Of a DNA stretch of 64,000 nucleotides, positions 1-15,184 are shown piece after piece (position 1 is the stretch's first letter; every line of letters starts with the position of its first letter). The notes under the pieces were generated by a model that worked only from the letters and a program-made list of their open reading frames with translations, did not search any database and was not told the origin of the DNA. The position numbers were made by a program, and so were the translations under genes. The stretch is from the human T2T-CHM13v2.0 reference genome, Homo sapiens, in the NCBI RefSeq assembly GCF_009914755.1, contig NC_060937.1. The stretch is one strand, 5' to 3'.

Positions 1-1506
1 ATACACCAATATAGAATCTCCTTAATGCATAAATCTCACAGGACCTATAAAACAAAAACACAATGAAAAAAAAAAAAACAAAAAACCCAAGGTATTCAGG
101 CAACAAATAGAATTAATAGAAGAGTGCCTCACATCTCAATACTAACATTGAATGTAAATGGCCTAAATCCTCCACTTAAAAGACACAGAATGTCAAAATA
201 AATAAGAATTTCCCAACCAAGTATCTGCTTTCTTCAAGAGACTCACCTAACACATAAGGACTCACATAAACTTAAGGTAAAGGGGTGGGAAAACATATTT
301 CATGCAAATGGGCACCAAAAGTGAGCAAGAGTAGCTATTCTTACACCACACAAAGCAAACTTTAAAACACCAGCAGTTAAAAAAGACAAAGAGGGACATT
401 ATGTAATGATAAAAGGACTAGTCCAACAGGAAAATACCACAATCATAAATATATAGGCACCTCACACTGGAGCTCACAAATTTGTAAACCAATTACTACC
501 AGACCTAAGAAATGAGATAGAGAGCACCACAATAATAGTAGGGGACTTCAGTACTCCACTGACAGCACTAGACAGGTCATCAAGACAGAAAGTCAACAAA
601 GAAATAATGGACTTAAACTATACCCTAGAACAAATGGACTTAACAGATATTTACAGAACGTTCTACCCAACAACTGCAGAATATATATTCTATTCATTAG
701 CATATGGAACATTCCCCCAGACAGACCATATGATAGGCCAAAAAACAAGTCTCAACAAATTTAAGAATATAGAAATTATAACAAGCACTGTCTCAGACCA
801 CAGTGGAATAAAATTAAATATATATGCACCTCACACTCAAAACCTCAAAACCATGCAAATACATGGAAATTAATTAACTTGCTCCTGAATGATCATTGGG
901 TCAACAATAAAATCAAGATGGAAATTAGAAAATTCTTTGAACCGAACAATAATAGTGATATAAGCTATCAAAACTTATGAGATACAGCAAAGGTGATGCT
1001 AAGAAAGTTCATAGCATTAAATGCCTACATCAAAAAGTCTGAAAGAGCACAAATAGACAATCTAAGATCACACCTCAAGGAGCTAGAGAAACAAGAACAA
1101 ACAAAACCCAAACCCGCAGAAGAAAATAAATAACAAAGATCAGAGCAGAACTAAATAAAATTGAAACAAACAAAAAACAACACACAAGATAAATGAAACA
1201 AAAAGCTGGTTATTTGAAAAGATAAATAAAATTAACAGATCATTAGCAATGCTACCTAAGAAGATAGAAGCTCCAAATAAACGCAATTTGAAATGAAATG
1301 GGAGATACTACAACTGATACCACAGAAATACAAAAGATAATTCAAGGCTAATATTAACAGCTTTGTGCACATAAACTAGAAAACTTAGAGAAAATGGATA
1401 AATTCTTGGAAATATACAACCTTCCTAGATTGAACCAGGAAGAAACAGAAATTCTGAACAGACCAATAACAAGCAACAAGATTGAAATGGTAATTAAAAA
1501 GTTACC

Positions 1507-1853
<347 letters not shown>

Positions 1854-2712
1854 CTATCAGACATTCAAAGAAGAATTGGTACCAATCCTACTCACACTAT
1901 TCCAAAAGATAGAGAAGGAGAGAATCCTCCCTAAATAATTCTATGAAGCCAGTATCACCCTAATACCAAAACCAGGAAAGGCCATAACAAAAAAACTACA
2001 GATCAATATTCCTGATGAACATAGATAAAAAAAAAATCCTTAATACTAACAGAATCCAACATCATATCAAAATGACAATCCGCTATGTTCCAGTGAGTTT
2101 CATACCAATAATGCAGGGATGGTTTAACATCCACAAGTCAATAAATGTGATACACTACATAAACGGAAAAACAAAAATTACATGATCGTCTCAGTAGATG
2201 CAGAAAAAAGCATTTGACAAAATACAGCATTCCTGCATGATTAAAACCCTCAGCAATATCTGCATAGAAGGGACATCCCTTAAAATAATAAAAGCCATCT
2301 ATGACAGACCCAAAGCCAACATTATACTAAACAGGGAAAAGTTGAAAGCATTCCCCCTGAGTACTGGAACAAGACAAGGATGCCCACTTTCACCACTTCT
2401 ATTCAACATAGTACTGGAGGTCCTAGCCAGGTTAATCAGACAAGAAAAAAAAAATAAAGGGCATCCAAATTGGTAAAGAGGAAGTCAAATGGTCCTGTTT
2501 GCTGATGACATGATTGTATACCTAGAAAAGCCTAAAAACTCATCCACAAAGCTCCTAGAACTGGTAAATGAATTCAGTAAAGTTTCAGGATACAAAACTA
2601 ATGTACACAAGTCAGTAGCACTGCTATACACCAACAGTGACCATGCTGAGAATCAAATCAAGAACTCAACCCCTTTTCAAATAACTGCAAAATAAAATAC
2701 TTTTTTTTTTTT

Positions 2713-2989
2713 AGAGACTCACCCAACACATAAGGACTCACATAAACTTAAGGTAAAGGGGTGGGAAAAAATATTTCATGCAAATGGGCACCAAAGGTGA
2801 GCAAGAGTAGCTATTCTTACACCACAGAAAACAAACTTTAAAACAGCAGCAGTTAAAAAAGACAAAGAGGGACATTATGTAATGATAAAAGGACTAGTCC
2901 AACAGGAAAACATCACAATCTTAAATATATATGCACCTCACACTGGAGTTCAAAAATTTATAAAGCAATTACTACCAGAGCTAAGAAAT
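2713..2989 (+). repeat. 277 bp direct duplicate of 237-513 (L1 endonuclease-region DNA) inserted downstream of the RT core
   Basis: By-eye alignment gives ~15 mismatches and no gaps; preceded by a T12 run. Confidence 0.9.
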
Positions 2990-4363
2990 ATACTTAACCA
3001 AGAAGGTGAAAGGCCTCTACAAGGAACACTACAAAACACTGCTGAAAGAAATCTTATATGACACAAACAGATGGGAACACATCCCATGCTCATGGATGGG
3101 TAGAATCAATACTGTCATTGAATCAATATTTGTAGATGCCAAAAGCAATCTACAAATTCAATGCAATTCCCATCAAAATACCACCATCATTCTTCACAGA
3201 ACTAGAAAAAAAAATCCTAAAATTCATATAGAATCCACAGGGAGCCCACATAGCCAAACCAAGACTAAGTGAAAAGACCAAATCTGGAGGCATTACAGTA
3301 CCCAAATTCAAACCTTACTATAAGGCCATGGTCACCAAAAAAGCATGGTAGTAGTATAAAAACAGGCACATAGACCAATGAAACAAAATACAGAACCCAG
3401 GAATAAAGCCAAATACTTACAGTCAACTGATCTTTGACAAAGCAAACAAAAACATAAAGTGGGGAAAGGACACCCTATTCAACAAATGGTGCTGTGATAA
3501 TTGGCAAGCCACATGTAGAAGAATGAAACTGGATTTTTATCTCTCACCTTATACAAAAATCAACTTAAGATGGATGAAAGACTTAAATCTAAGACCTGAA
3601 ACCATAAAAATTCTAGAAGATAACACTGGAAAAATCCTTCTAGACATTGGCTTAAGGCAAAGACTTCATGACCAAGAACCCCAAACCAAATGCAACAAAA
3701 ACAAAGGTAAATAGATGGGATTTAATTAAAAAACTTCTGCACAGCAAAAGCAATAATCAGAAGAATAAACAGACAACCCACAGAGTGGGAGAAAGTCTTT
3801 GCAATCTATACATCTGACAAAGGCTAATATCCAGAATCTACAAGAAACTCAAGCAAATTAGCAAAAACAAAACAAAACAAGAAAACAAACAAAAATGATC
3901 CCATCAAAAAGTGGGATAAAGACATGAATAGACAATCCCCAAAAGAAGATACACAAACAGCCAACAAATATATGAAAAAATGCTCAACATTACTAATTAT
4001 CAGGGAAATGCAAATCAAAACCACAATGCGATATCACCTTACTTTTGCAAGAATGGCCATAATAAAAAAAAATTAGATATTGGCATGGATGTAGTAAAAA
4101 GGGAACACTTTTACACTGTTGGTAGAAATGTAAACTAGTACAACCACTATGGAAAACAGTGTGGAGATCCCTCAAAGAACTAAAAATCAATCTACCATTT
4201 GATCCAGTAATCCCACTCCTGAGTATCTACCTAAAGGAAAAGTCATCATTAAATGAAAAAGATTCTTGCACATGCATGTTTATAGCAGCACAATTTGCAA
4301 TTGCAAAAACATGGAACCAGCCCAAGTGTTCATTATTCAATGAGTAGATAAAGAAAATGTGAA

Positions 4364-4455
4364 ATATATATGTGATATATATACATATATGGCATAGAAT
4401 ATATATATACGTATATACATATATATACGTATATATATATATATGGCATAGAATA
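4364..4455. repeat. (TA)n-rich microsatellite with duplicated atatggcatagaata
   Basis: Direct reading. Confidence 0.8.
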
Positions 4456-4719
4456 CTACTCAGCCATAAAAAAGGAATGAAATAATGGCATTTGCAGCAA
4501 CCTGGATTGAATTGAAGATCGTTATCCTAAGTGTAGTAACTCGGGAATGGAAAACCAAACATTGTACGTTCTGACTTATATGTGGGAGCTAAGTAAGCTA
4601 TGAGGATTCAAAGGCATAAGAATGACACAACGGACTCTGGGGACTCAGGGAGAAGGGTGGGAGAGGGTGAGGAATAAACGACTACACACTGGATACAGTG
4701 TACACAGCTCTGGTGATGA

Positions 4720-4960
4720 GAATAAGTCTCAAAAACATTATATTGAGTTTAGGAAACCAGATACAAAACAGTAAACACTATATAATTCAATTTATATAAA
4801 TTTCAAGAACAGGTGGAATTAAATTTATATGATAAACATTAGAATAATGGTTACCTTTGGTGGTTGATGAGGTGTATTGACTGGAAGGGGAATGAGATTA
4901 TTTTTAGAAGCAATCAGGGTGTTGCCTTAACTGGGCGATGGTTATATTCATCAAGCTGTT
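4720..4960 (+). mobile_element. Old L1ME-type 3'UTR fragment
   Basis: tctcaaaaacattatattgagt...tataattcaatttatataaatttcaagaacagg...ggttacctttgg...gactggaagggg resembles L1ME 3' ends. Confidence 0.55.
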
Positions 4961-5163
4961 AGGGTGAGAACAGTGTAAAGTACACCACGCAAAATGACAA
5001 TAGAGATTGTATTTAAAAGAATTGAAATTTTTAAAAATGTGACAAGACTGAGTTATCACTTAACATTATCACTGGAAATATAAGAAAAACTCAAGAGTTG
5101 GTTCCATATCAGTCAATGCCATATTAGTAGACTCAGCTGGTGTATTTTGCATTAAAAGTTGTA

Positions 5164-5777
5164 TGTTATGGTCTGAATGTTTATGTAACCCCCAAATTCA
5201 TATGCTGAAACTCTAACCTCTGAAATGTTGGTATTAGGAGGTTGGATCTTTGGGAGGTGATTAAATCATGAAGGAAGAGCCCTCATGAATAAGAATAGTG
5301 CCCTTATAAAAGAGACCCCAGAGGCCCGGCGCAGTGGCTCACACCTGTAATCCCAGCACTTTGAGAGGCCGAGGTCCGAAGTTCAAGACCAGCCTGTCCA
5401 GGATGGTGAAACCTCATCTCTACTAAAAATACAAAAATTAGCCAGGCATGGTGGCAGGCACCTGTAATCCCAGCTATCACTTGAACCCGGGAGGCAGAGG
5501 TTGCACTGAGCTGAGATCATGCCACTGCACTCCAGCCTGGGTGAAAGAGCAAGACTCCATTTCAAAAAACAAAGAGAGAGAGATCACTTGCCTCTGCCAC
5601 CACAAGATGACACAGAGAGAAGACAGCCATCTATGAGCCAGGAAGTGGACCCTCATGAGACACAGAATCCACTGGTGCCTTGATCTTGTATTTCCAGTCT
5701 CCAGAACTGTGAGAAATAAATTTCTGTTGTTTATAAGCCATGGTATTTTGTTATAGCAGCCTGAAGAGACTAACACA
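5164..5777 (+). mobile_element. MaLR solo LTR (MLT1A-like), interrupted by an Alu
   Basis: TG...CA ends; tgttatggtctgaatgtt...ccaaattcatatgctgaaac and ccagaactgtgagaaataaatttctgttgtttataagcc...gactaacaca. Confidence 0.85.
5323..5575 (+). mobile_element. AluS with two internal deletions
   Basis: Alu motifs; lacks ~17 bp after ggccgagg and ~23 bp after cccagcta. Confidence 0.9.
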
Positions 5778-5854
5778 TTGTACTCATCAACTTTTAATAC
5801 ATGTTAAGTAGCAGTAAGGGAAATAGTAAAAATATATAAAAAATGTTCTGTTCC

Positions 5855-6184
<330 letters not shown>

Positions 6185-6364
6185 TTATTCCACAAATACT
6201 AGATTTAATATCCTTGTACCTTATATCTTTCTCCTGTAATGTTGATCTTATTTTCAATAAATTCAGCAATTTTCAGACATATCAAATAATACATCATTAA
6301 AATGTGCATTTGAGGTTTGTTCATTAGTGGAGTGTCAGTTATGCATGAAGTCTGATGATCCCAA

Positions 6365-6526
6365 ATAATATGTATATATTCTATCAGTATGTGTATATTC
6401 TATAGTATGTGTATAAATAGTATATATGTTATATAGTATAATATATAACTAAATATTATATATTATATACAATATATATAATATATAGTCTATATATAGT
6501 ATATAATATAATATATATATATATAA
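6365..6526. repeat. AT-rich low-complexity / (TA)n
   Basis: Direct reading. Confidence 0.8.
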
Positions 6527-6727
6527 TGGTAAGTTCTCAATGTCATTGATATGTTCTTGGAAACTGTGACTTTAAGTGAAATGACATACAGCAGGTCCTT
6601 GAATGATGTTTCATTCAATGTAGTTTTGTTACACCATTGATGAGAAAGAAATTGGTTTTGTTACATGTCATTTTGCTCAAAGTCAGTTTCCAAGAACCTA
6701 TCAATGACATTAAGTGATGACTTACTG
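6527..6727. mobile_element. Palindromic TcMar-Tigger MITE (MER6B-like)
   Basis: Long imperfect terminal inverted repeats (gtaagttctcaatgtcattgatatgttcttggaaactg / cagtttccaagaacctatcaatgacattaagtgatgacttactg), followed by TA. Confidence 0.8.
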
Positions 6728-7290
6728 TATAATATATACTGTATATGTATGTGTATATATATATTTGCACATACACATGCATGTGTAAACATGTTTATAT
6801 GAGCAGTGTGTATATAGATATAGGAATATACATATACTATTTTGCAAATAACTTTCATTGAAATGTAATGAAGTCAAAATAAAAAAATGGACTGTATTTA
6901 AAGATTCCCTTTATGAAACTCAATAGCAAATATTTAGCTACGTTTTAATACTTTATGTGTTATAACAATATCATTAATTTTGTTGTTTTTAAGCTTTATT
7001 TGTACTTGTAAATTTTTATTTTGTAGTTACTTAAGAACTAAAGGCAAAAGTGATTTATATTTTGCAATTCTGTTATTTCAATAAAAATAGTCCTTTTTAT
7101 TCATTGGATATCCTTATATCATTCAAATGTGAAAAACACTGTATACACACACAAACACACACACACACAAATAATGTGTGTTCTTTGTAGAAAAAACTTT
7201 AACCACAGAAAAATACACTGAGTATAAATGAGGAAATGAAAAGCACAATCCCAAAGATAGCCAGTGTTAACAGTTTGCCTTTATCCAGAT

Positions 7291-7659
7291 TGATTTAGTC
7301 TATTTGTGCTGCTATAACAAAACACCACACACTGGGTAATTTATAAAGGACAGAAATTTATTTCTCACAGTTACAGAGGCTGTAAAGTCCAACATCATGG
7401 TGCCAGGATTGGTGTCTGGTGAGGGCCTGCTCCACCGATGGTGTCTTCTCACGATGGCATCCTCACATGGTGAAAGGTGAAAGGGCATAAAGGGGCAAGC
7501 TGCCTCTGAAGGCTTTTTTAAAAGGGCACTTATCCACTTTTGAAGGTGGAGTCCCATGACTTAATCACTTCCCAAAAGGCCTCATCTCCTAATATCACCA
7601 CAATAAGGATTAAGTTTCAACATGAATTTTGAAGGGGATGCTACAATCAAACCATAGCA
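7291..7659 (-). mobile_element. MaLR solo LTR (MST/MLT1A-type, MSTD-like)
   Basis: gctgctataacaaaacaccacacactgggtaatttataa...aagtttcaacatgaattttg...aaaccatagca; 5 bp TSD cagat/caggt. Confidence 0.85.
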
Positions 7660-7910
7660 CAGGTTTTTACGCATTTTACAATTTTAGCCATGTGTAGTGG
7701 GACCATTTTATATTAGTGGGACAATTTTATTTTGCTTAAGATTTTATCATGTTTTTCTATATCCCAAAATGTTACTGAGAAACATGATTTTAATTGGCTA
7801 TATGTATAACTTGTAATTTATTTAGCCAATCCTAGATGTATATTTAGGTTTATGAATTTTTTTCTATTAAAAATGTTGAAATATGCAATTATTGTTCATG
7901 AATATTTGTT
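7660..7910 (-). mobile_element. Ancient L1ME-type fragment (probably also 7190-7290)
   Basis: Weak similarity: aatttatttagccaatcc...tatttaggtt. Confidence 0.4.
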
Positions 7911-8071
7911 ACGATTTTCAAGCCTCTTAAAATTTATCTTACCCATAAAAAGATCAGCTCAATTTCCTCTTTTTCTATGTAATCAAAATGTAACAGTATT
8001 TTACATTGATTGGAAAGAGGGAGTCAATAGAGAGGTCCTGGTTTAATGTTTCCTTGGAATTGACCAAAATG

Positions 8072-8130
8072 ATCAATCACCAAATATTGATTGAGCACTT
8101 ATCATGTGCCAGATCTTGTATTAGACTCTA
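8072..8130 (-). mobile_element. L2 3' end fragment
   Basis: caaatattgattgagcacttatcatgtgccag matches the antisense L2 tail. Confidence 0.55.
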
Positions 8131-10234
8131 CTCCACGTGTTAAAGAAATAAGTTTTAAAGTCATGTGTCTTAAGACCAAGCTAATCATAGACCTCATATT
8201 AATAAATTTGTTCATGTGAAGAGCAGGAATGACAAGAAGATAATAAAGCAATTCTAGAACTCTAATCTGTATAAGGAAAATGAGGGGAGGTGGAGGGGGA
8301 AGGGAAGCTAATTGAAGAAACACCAGTAAAGCAAAACTTCTCCTACAATCAAACCTTCCTGTCTTGTCATAAGTATAGATGACTGGCAACTCTGTTATTG
8401 GATTTTAAGATGATTCTGTTTATGTAAAACTTCCCATGGCTATAAAACCAAGTCTCCACAGCCCCAACTACTAACTTGGGACACACATATTTAAGATACG
8501 GTCATTGTCATTTAGACATTGCAAACAGGGATGGTGAATTCTGTCTGAAGTAGCCAATTATCTGTCCAAATCTGTCTTCAGCCTTTCAGCCAGAAGGTTA
8601 TTTTTGTCATTATAGTTTCTTTTGACAGTATACTTAGATTCCCTTCTGTTACAGAAAATGATGCCCAGTGCAGAGCCTTCTTTCACATATCTGAAGTCTG
8701 CTACTGAGTCACCAAATAATAGACATTATGTTTTGTTTTATTCCAAACAGATATTTCAGGTCCAGTGGGAGCTACTGGTTAGAGATGCCTTGGATGTAGG
8801 AAATTGGTTCCTAGGGTTGAAAATACATCTACTCCATTTTGAAATAGCAGGAATCTCACAACACAACTCCCATTCTGAAAATGCACTGTAGAAGGAAATC
8901 TGTGTTTATCCTATGTGGAAACAAAACCATAAATATAGAATTATAAAGCATTCTGGATGGATCTGTATATAAAGTCAAAGTCTTGTTTAATATTATGCCT
9001 ATGGGTAAAATTCACTTTAAGAACACCAAATACTCGACCTTCGAGCAGGCGAATGGAAATTATGTCTATTCTTCATAAAACCAACAAGAGGAGACTCTTT
9101 CTCTGAGCTATAGAATATGAACAAAAGCAGGATTCGCTGTGATTCTAGATCTGCCGATCTTTTGAGAGACTGACAGCACTGGAGTTTGGAACTTAAGAAT
9201 CAAATATGCTAAGGAGCATACATAAGAAAATTCCAGCATATCTTAGTGTCCTGAATCCCATCTTCTTTTTAAAAAATAAAAATTAAAATGAAACATAGAT
9301 CACTTACATGGGTAGGCCCTAATGTTGTGATCATTAAGTCAAAATAAAAAAAAAGAGGTCTTTTGTTAATTATCAATATTTGGTGATAATAGATTATACC
9401 TAACAAGCTCCAAGCAGTGCCATAAGCAGGAAGGTATTTAACAGATGATTTTTGATTAGGGTGATAGTTATGAGTTATTTTATAGATGAAAATGAGGAGC
9501 CAAACAAGTTAGCAATATGATGACTATAATTTCTACACTAGTAAAACATTTAGATTTTTCTATAACATCATTAAAATGTAGATAATTGCCACTTTTTCTA
9601 TGCTCATAAATTTCCTCTGAGAAACTTTCTCAAAACTTTAATGTTATTATTGACAACCAACTTATCTCTTAGAGAAACTAAGCAGATTAATAAAATTTTT
9701 GTAAGTGTTCTGAGTCCTTCAGAAGGAAACCCTGCCCTGAGTATGTAAATGCTGTGGGTTTACATAAGCAATTTCAAAGTTGAGAAGCTAAACTAATAGG
9801 CAAGATGCACTTTGCTTTGACCAATTTAGAATTCTTAGAGCCAGATTTTATTAAATCATAATTCAAACCCTCTGAGTTATTCATTTGACTCTGCTGTTGA
9901 TAGGGGCATGAAGATCCATTCACGTGTGAAAATTGCTGGTGGATTATAATGGACTAACACAAAAGAGTAAACTGTTTATTAACTTGTAAAATTATATTGC
10001 CACAGACAACCCAAGACATTAAACTGATGTGTTTTACTTGGATTCACATCCCTCACAGAGGATCATATGCTCAACAGCACATGTTGGAAAACAATTCCTA
10101 TATCACAGAATCCAATGACATTAGCCTGATTCCATCCACTGAGGAGATGGAATGATTCTGACTCACTTTTCGCATAAAATGAAAAAAAAAAAAAAAGGAA
10201 AAAGAAAACAGGCCCCAAATCATAGAACTATTAC

Positions 10235-10883
<649 letters not shown>

Positions 10884-11099
10884 AGAAAACCATAGATCTC
10901 TATTGTTGGCAGGGAGCTTAACTGGAAAAAAGTATGTAAAAAACTGTAGAACTTTGGAAATGGAAAAGAAGATGTGAGAGGAATACCTAAGCCACAGTAT
11001 TGGGCTGTGTTGGTACAATCGTCCTCAGTAATAATGGAGGGAAGATTGAAGGATGGTGTCGTGGCATGCATATTGAAACAGGAATCAAGAACCTGAGCT

Positions 11100-11203
11100 C
11101 AATTCACTTATTTCACAATGAAGGGCACTAAAGCCCAGAGAGAAATTATTTACTGAATGTATTAGAGCAAGCACCAGAATTGAGGTATCCAGGATTCCGA
11201 TTG
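11100..11203 (-). mobile_element. MIR fragment
   Basis: tttcacaatgaagggcactaaagcccagagag resembles the MIR core. Confidence 0.5.
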
Positions 11204-12377
11204 AAATTTGCTTAGGTTTGCATTATATTTCATCTTCCTTTAAATTTTACTTTCACTCTTTTTAAGCTTTGACATGTCCTAAATTTATAGCTGCTTCCAG
11301 AATTATACTCTGTACTCCACAGTAATCAAACATATTTTCTAAAAACTAGCTCAAGATGGTACATAGGAAGGTGTAACAGTCTTCTGTCTGACTTGCCCCT
11401 TTCAGTCCTCTGAGCCCCATCCTAGGCGCCATTACATCTGTTCATTCTTATTTTATTTTTGTATTTCAATTTCTCCCACCTTATACCTGTATCATTGATC
11501 CTGGCCTTCAGGCTAGGGAGGTCAGACCTAGTCCCATGAAGTCAAACTTACTAGGCAAAGGATATAGGAATAAATCAGATTAGTCAAAAATATTGGATAT
11601 TTTTTCCAGTTTGGTAGCTGACTTACAAATCAAATCTATCCAGAGTCAAGAAGTACTTAGGGAATATCTCTAGTGTTTCCAGCACTGTTCTAAGTTTTCT
11701 GAGAACAAGGAAAATAAAAATCATTCTTTAAAGAAATAAAAAATATATAAGAAAAACTTGTCCGTGTGCTAGCAACAAAAGATACCACATAAAAAAGTCC
11801 TAAATTGTATACGACATACCACATCCTATATTCTCTCCGAGAAAGTAACTTTCTGATCCATTGATCAAAAAACTTCTGTCAAAAAATGAAGCCTATTAAA
11901 AATTGAAGTTGGCCAGATTCCACTGCATATAAATTCATATTATGGAATTTAATAAACTTAGAGCCAAAAAGAACTCATAAAAACTACAAGCATAATTTTC
12001 TTCTAAGAAGCTCAAAGCTACTTAGGGATAATCTCTCAATTTTCTATTCCATTTCTCTGAGAAAGAATTGAGGTATGACTCTACACTCATATTTTTTTTT
12101 TCTGGAACATAAATGGAAGGAAAGGCTAACTGTGGTTTTAGAATTGTTTGAGAAAGTATAATTAACTATCATTTTGTCAAAGGTCATAAAGAATTTTTGA
12201 AGAGTTGAAACTGGTTGGGTACTGATTGCTCCCTAAGTAAAATAGTGAAACTGAAGGAAGACTCTCCTGTAGCAAATTCATCAACTTTGACCAACATCAA
12301 ACATGTAATTTTAGAAGGAATTCAAGCCAATAATACAGTAGTAGGCAACACATGTTAGCAAACAACCAAACACCTCC

Positions 12378-12497
12378 AGTGTCTAATCTTGCTTCTGCTG
12401 TTTGCTAAATGTATGATTTTAGACCAATTATTTAAATATCCACACCTGTGAAATTATAAGATCTATTTCTGCTAATATGGTGGACTAAATATAATGA
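12378..12497 (+). mobile_element. MIR fragment
   Basis: aatcttgcttctgctgtttgctaaatgtatgattttagaccaattatttaa...cacctgtgaaa. Confidence 0.5.
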
Positions 12498-12839
12498 CCA
12501 TTTGAACTAAAATTCTAGATTAAAAATATATTTGAAATCTTTTAAAAAATGCATTGTGTTTTTGACTAAGTAAGAAATTCTGTGAGGCAGAAAACAAGGT
12601 GAACGAGAACTTTTTCATGGAATCACTTGATAAACTTTGGGTTTTAGTTTTGCTTTGATGCTACAAAGATGTGAGAACAAGGGAGAAAAGTACAGGACTT
12701 ATCCTAAGCAGAGACGCTAACAATAGAGACTGCATCCAGTCTGCATTTCTAAGGAATGACAGCCTCAGTGTAAGGTGAATGGGTAGCAAAGCAACCTTCA
12801 GTTAAAGGACAAAGATTGAAAACCTGGAAGAAGAAAATA

Positions 12840-13488
12840 CTCATCCCCATTTATGATGCTCACAAGAGATGCATTTAGCATACAGAAACATAGAAATATT
12901 AAAAGACTACAGGAAGGTATACTAACCAATAAAACCTAGTGTTAATTATAGTAGTTTAAAGCAAAATAGACTTTAAAGCTATCTATCGCTAGAGAAAGAG
13001 GGTTATTGTAAATGATAAAGTTGGATTCATGAAGAAGATATAACAACTCTAAATTCGTATGCAAAAAATAATATCGTCCCAAAATATGTAAGTGAAAATA
13101 GAAAGACAAAAGGAAAAACTCCAATCATGGCCGGGTGTGGTGGCTTATGCCTGTAATCCCAGGACTTTGGGAGGCCAAGGCAGGCGGATCATGAGGTCAG
13201 GAGATCAAGACAATCCTGGCCAACATGGTGAAACCCCGTCTTTACTGAAAATACAAAAATTAGCCAGGTGTGGTGGCACATAGTCCCAGCTACTCAGGAG
13301 GCTGAGGCAGGAGAATCACTTGAACCCACAAGACGGAGGTTGCAGTGAGCCAAGATCACGTTACTGCACTCCAGATCTGGTGAGAGAGTGAGACTCTGTC
13401 TGACAAACAACAACAACAACAACAACTGCAATCATATTGGTAGATCTTAACACACCTCTTTCTACAGTTAAGGCAAATAAAAAACAAA
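12840..13488 (+). mobile_element. Old L1M(E) ORF2 endonuclease fragment, split by an Alu
   Basis: Degenerate EN motifs (acaagagatgca, aaatagactttaaagc, aatgataaag...gaagatataacaac, ggtagatcttaacacacctct). Confidence 0.7.
13129..13423 (+). mobile_element. AluSc-like with (CAA)n tail
   Basis: Alu body; TSD aact(c/g)caatcat. Confidence 0.92.
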
Positions 13489-13489
13489 T

Positions 13490-15150
13490 ATATGAGTAAG
13501 ATCATGCAGTATTTGTCTTTCTGTATGTGGCTTATATTTAACATTATTACCTCTGGGTTCATCCATTGTCACAAATGACAGGCTTTTCTTTTTTTAAGGC
13601 TAAATAGTATTCTATTATATATGTGTATTGTATATAACACATGTTCTTATTCCATCCTTCTGTTGATGACACTTAGGATGGCTCCATATTTTGGCTTGTT
13701 CCATATCTTGTGAATAATGCTGCAGTGAACATGGCAGTGCAAATATCTCTTTGACCTACTTACTCCATTTCATTTGGATGTATATACACAGTAGTGAGAT
13801 TGTTGAATCATATGGTGCTTTTATTTTTTCATTTTTGAGAAAATTCCATAGAGTTTTCCATAATGGTTGTGCTAATTTATATTCCCACCAACAGTATGCA
13901 AGGGTTCCCTTTTCTCCGCATCCTGGCCAATACTTTTTATCATTCGTCTGTTTTATAATAGCCATTATAACAAATGTGAGGGCATATCTTTTTGTGATTT
14001 TAATTTGCATTTCTCTGATAATTAGTGATGTTGAGCATTTTTCCATATACCTGTTGGCTATTTGTATGTCTTCTTTTGAGAAATATCTATTCAGGTCCTT
14101 TGCTGATTTTTAAATTAAGTTGTTTGTTTTTTGGCTAGTAAGTTGTCTGAGTTAAATATATATATAATATATATATGTATATAGATAGATACACACATAC
14201 ATATATATGTATATATTACATATATACATATATTATATAGTATACACATATTATATAATATGTATATGTATGTGTGAAATATATTTAGAGAAAGTCTCAC
14301 TCTGTCACCCAGGCTGCAGTATAATGGTGTGATCATAGCTCACTGTAGCCACCAACTACTGGGGTCAGGCAATCCTGCCACCTTAGCCTCCTATGTAGCT
14401 TGGACTACTATAGGCACACACCACCATGCCTAATAATTTTTTTCCTTTTTAATAGAGAAAAGATTTCATTATTTTGCCCAGGCTGGTCTCAAACTGCTGG
14501 CCTCAAGTGATCCTCTCACCTCATCCTCCCAAGGTGCTGGGATTACAGGTGTGAGCCAACAAGCTTAGCCTCCTTATACGTTTTGGATATTCACCTCTTA
14601 TCAAATACATGCTTTGAAAATACTTTCTCCTATTCTGTAGGTTATCTCTTTACACTGTTGGTTGTTTCTTTTGCTGTGCAGAAGCTTTTAGTTTGACGGA
14701 ATCCCATTGGCTTAATTTTGCTTTTGTTGCCTGTGTTTTGGGGGTCATATTCAAACAAATCATTATCCAGACCAATGTCATAGAGCTTTCCTCCTAGGTT
14801 TTCTTCTAATGATTTTACAGTTTCAGGTCTTACATTTAAGTCTTTAATCTATTTTGATTTGGGTCTTCTCTTTTTTTTTCGGTATGTGGTGTGAGATGAA
14901 GATCTAATTTCATTCTCCTGCATGTGATTATCCAGTTTTCTCAGCATCCTTTTATTGAAGAAACATTATGTTTCTCCATTGTGTGTTCTTGGCACCTTTG
15001 CTGAAAATCAATTGACTATAAGTGTGTGGATTTATTTAGGGCTTTCTATTCGGTTCCATTGGTCTATGTGTGTCTTTTAGGCCAGTACCATCCTGTTTTG
15101 TTTACTATAACTTTGTAACATATTTTGAAGTCAGATAGTGTGACGCCTCC

Positions 15151-15184
<34 letters not shown>

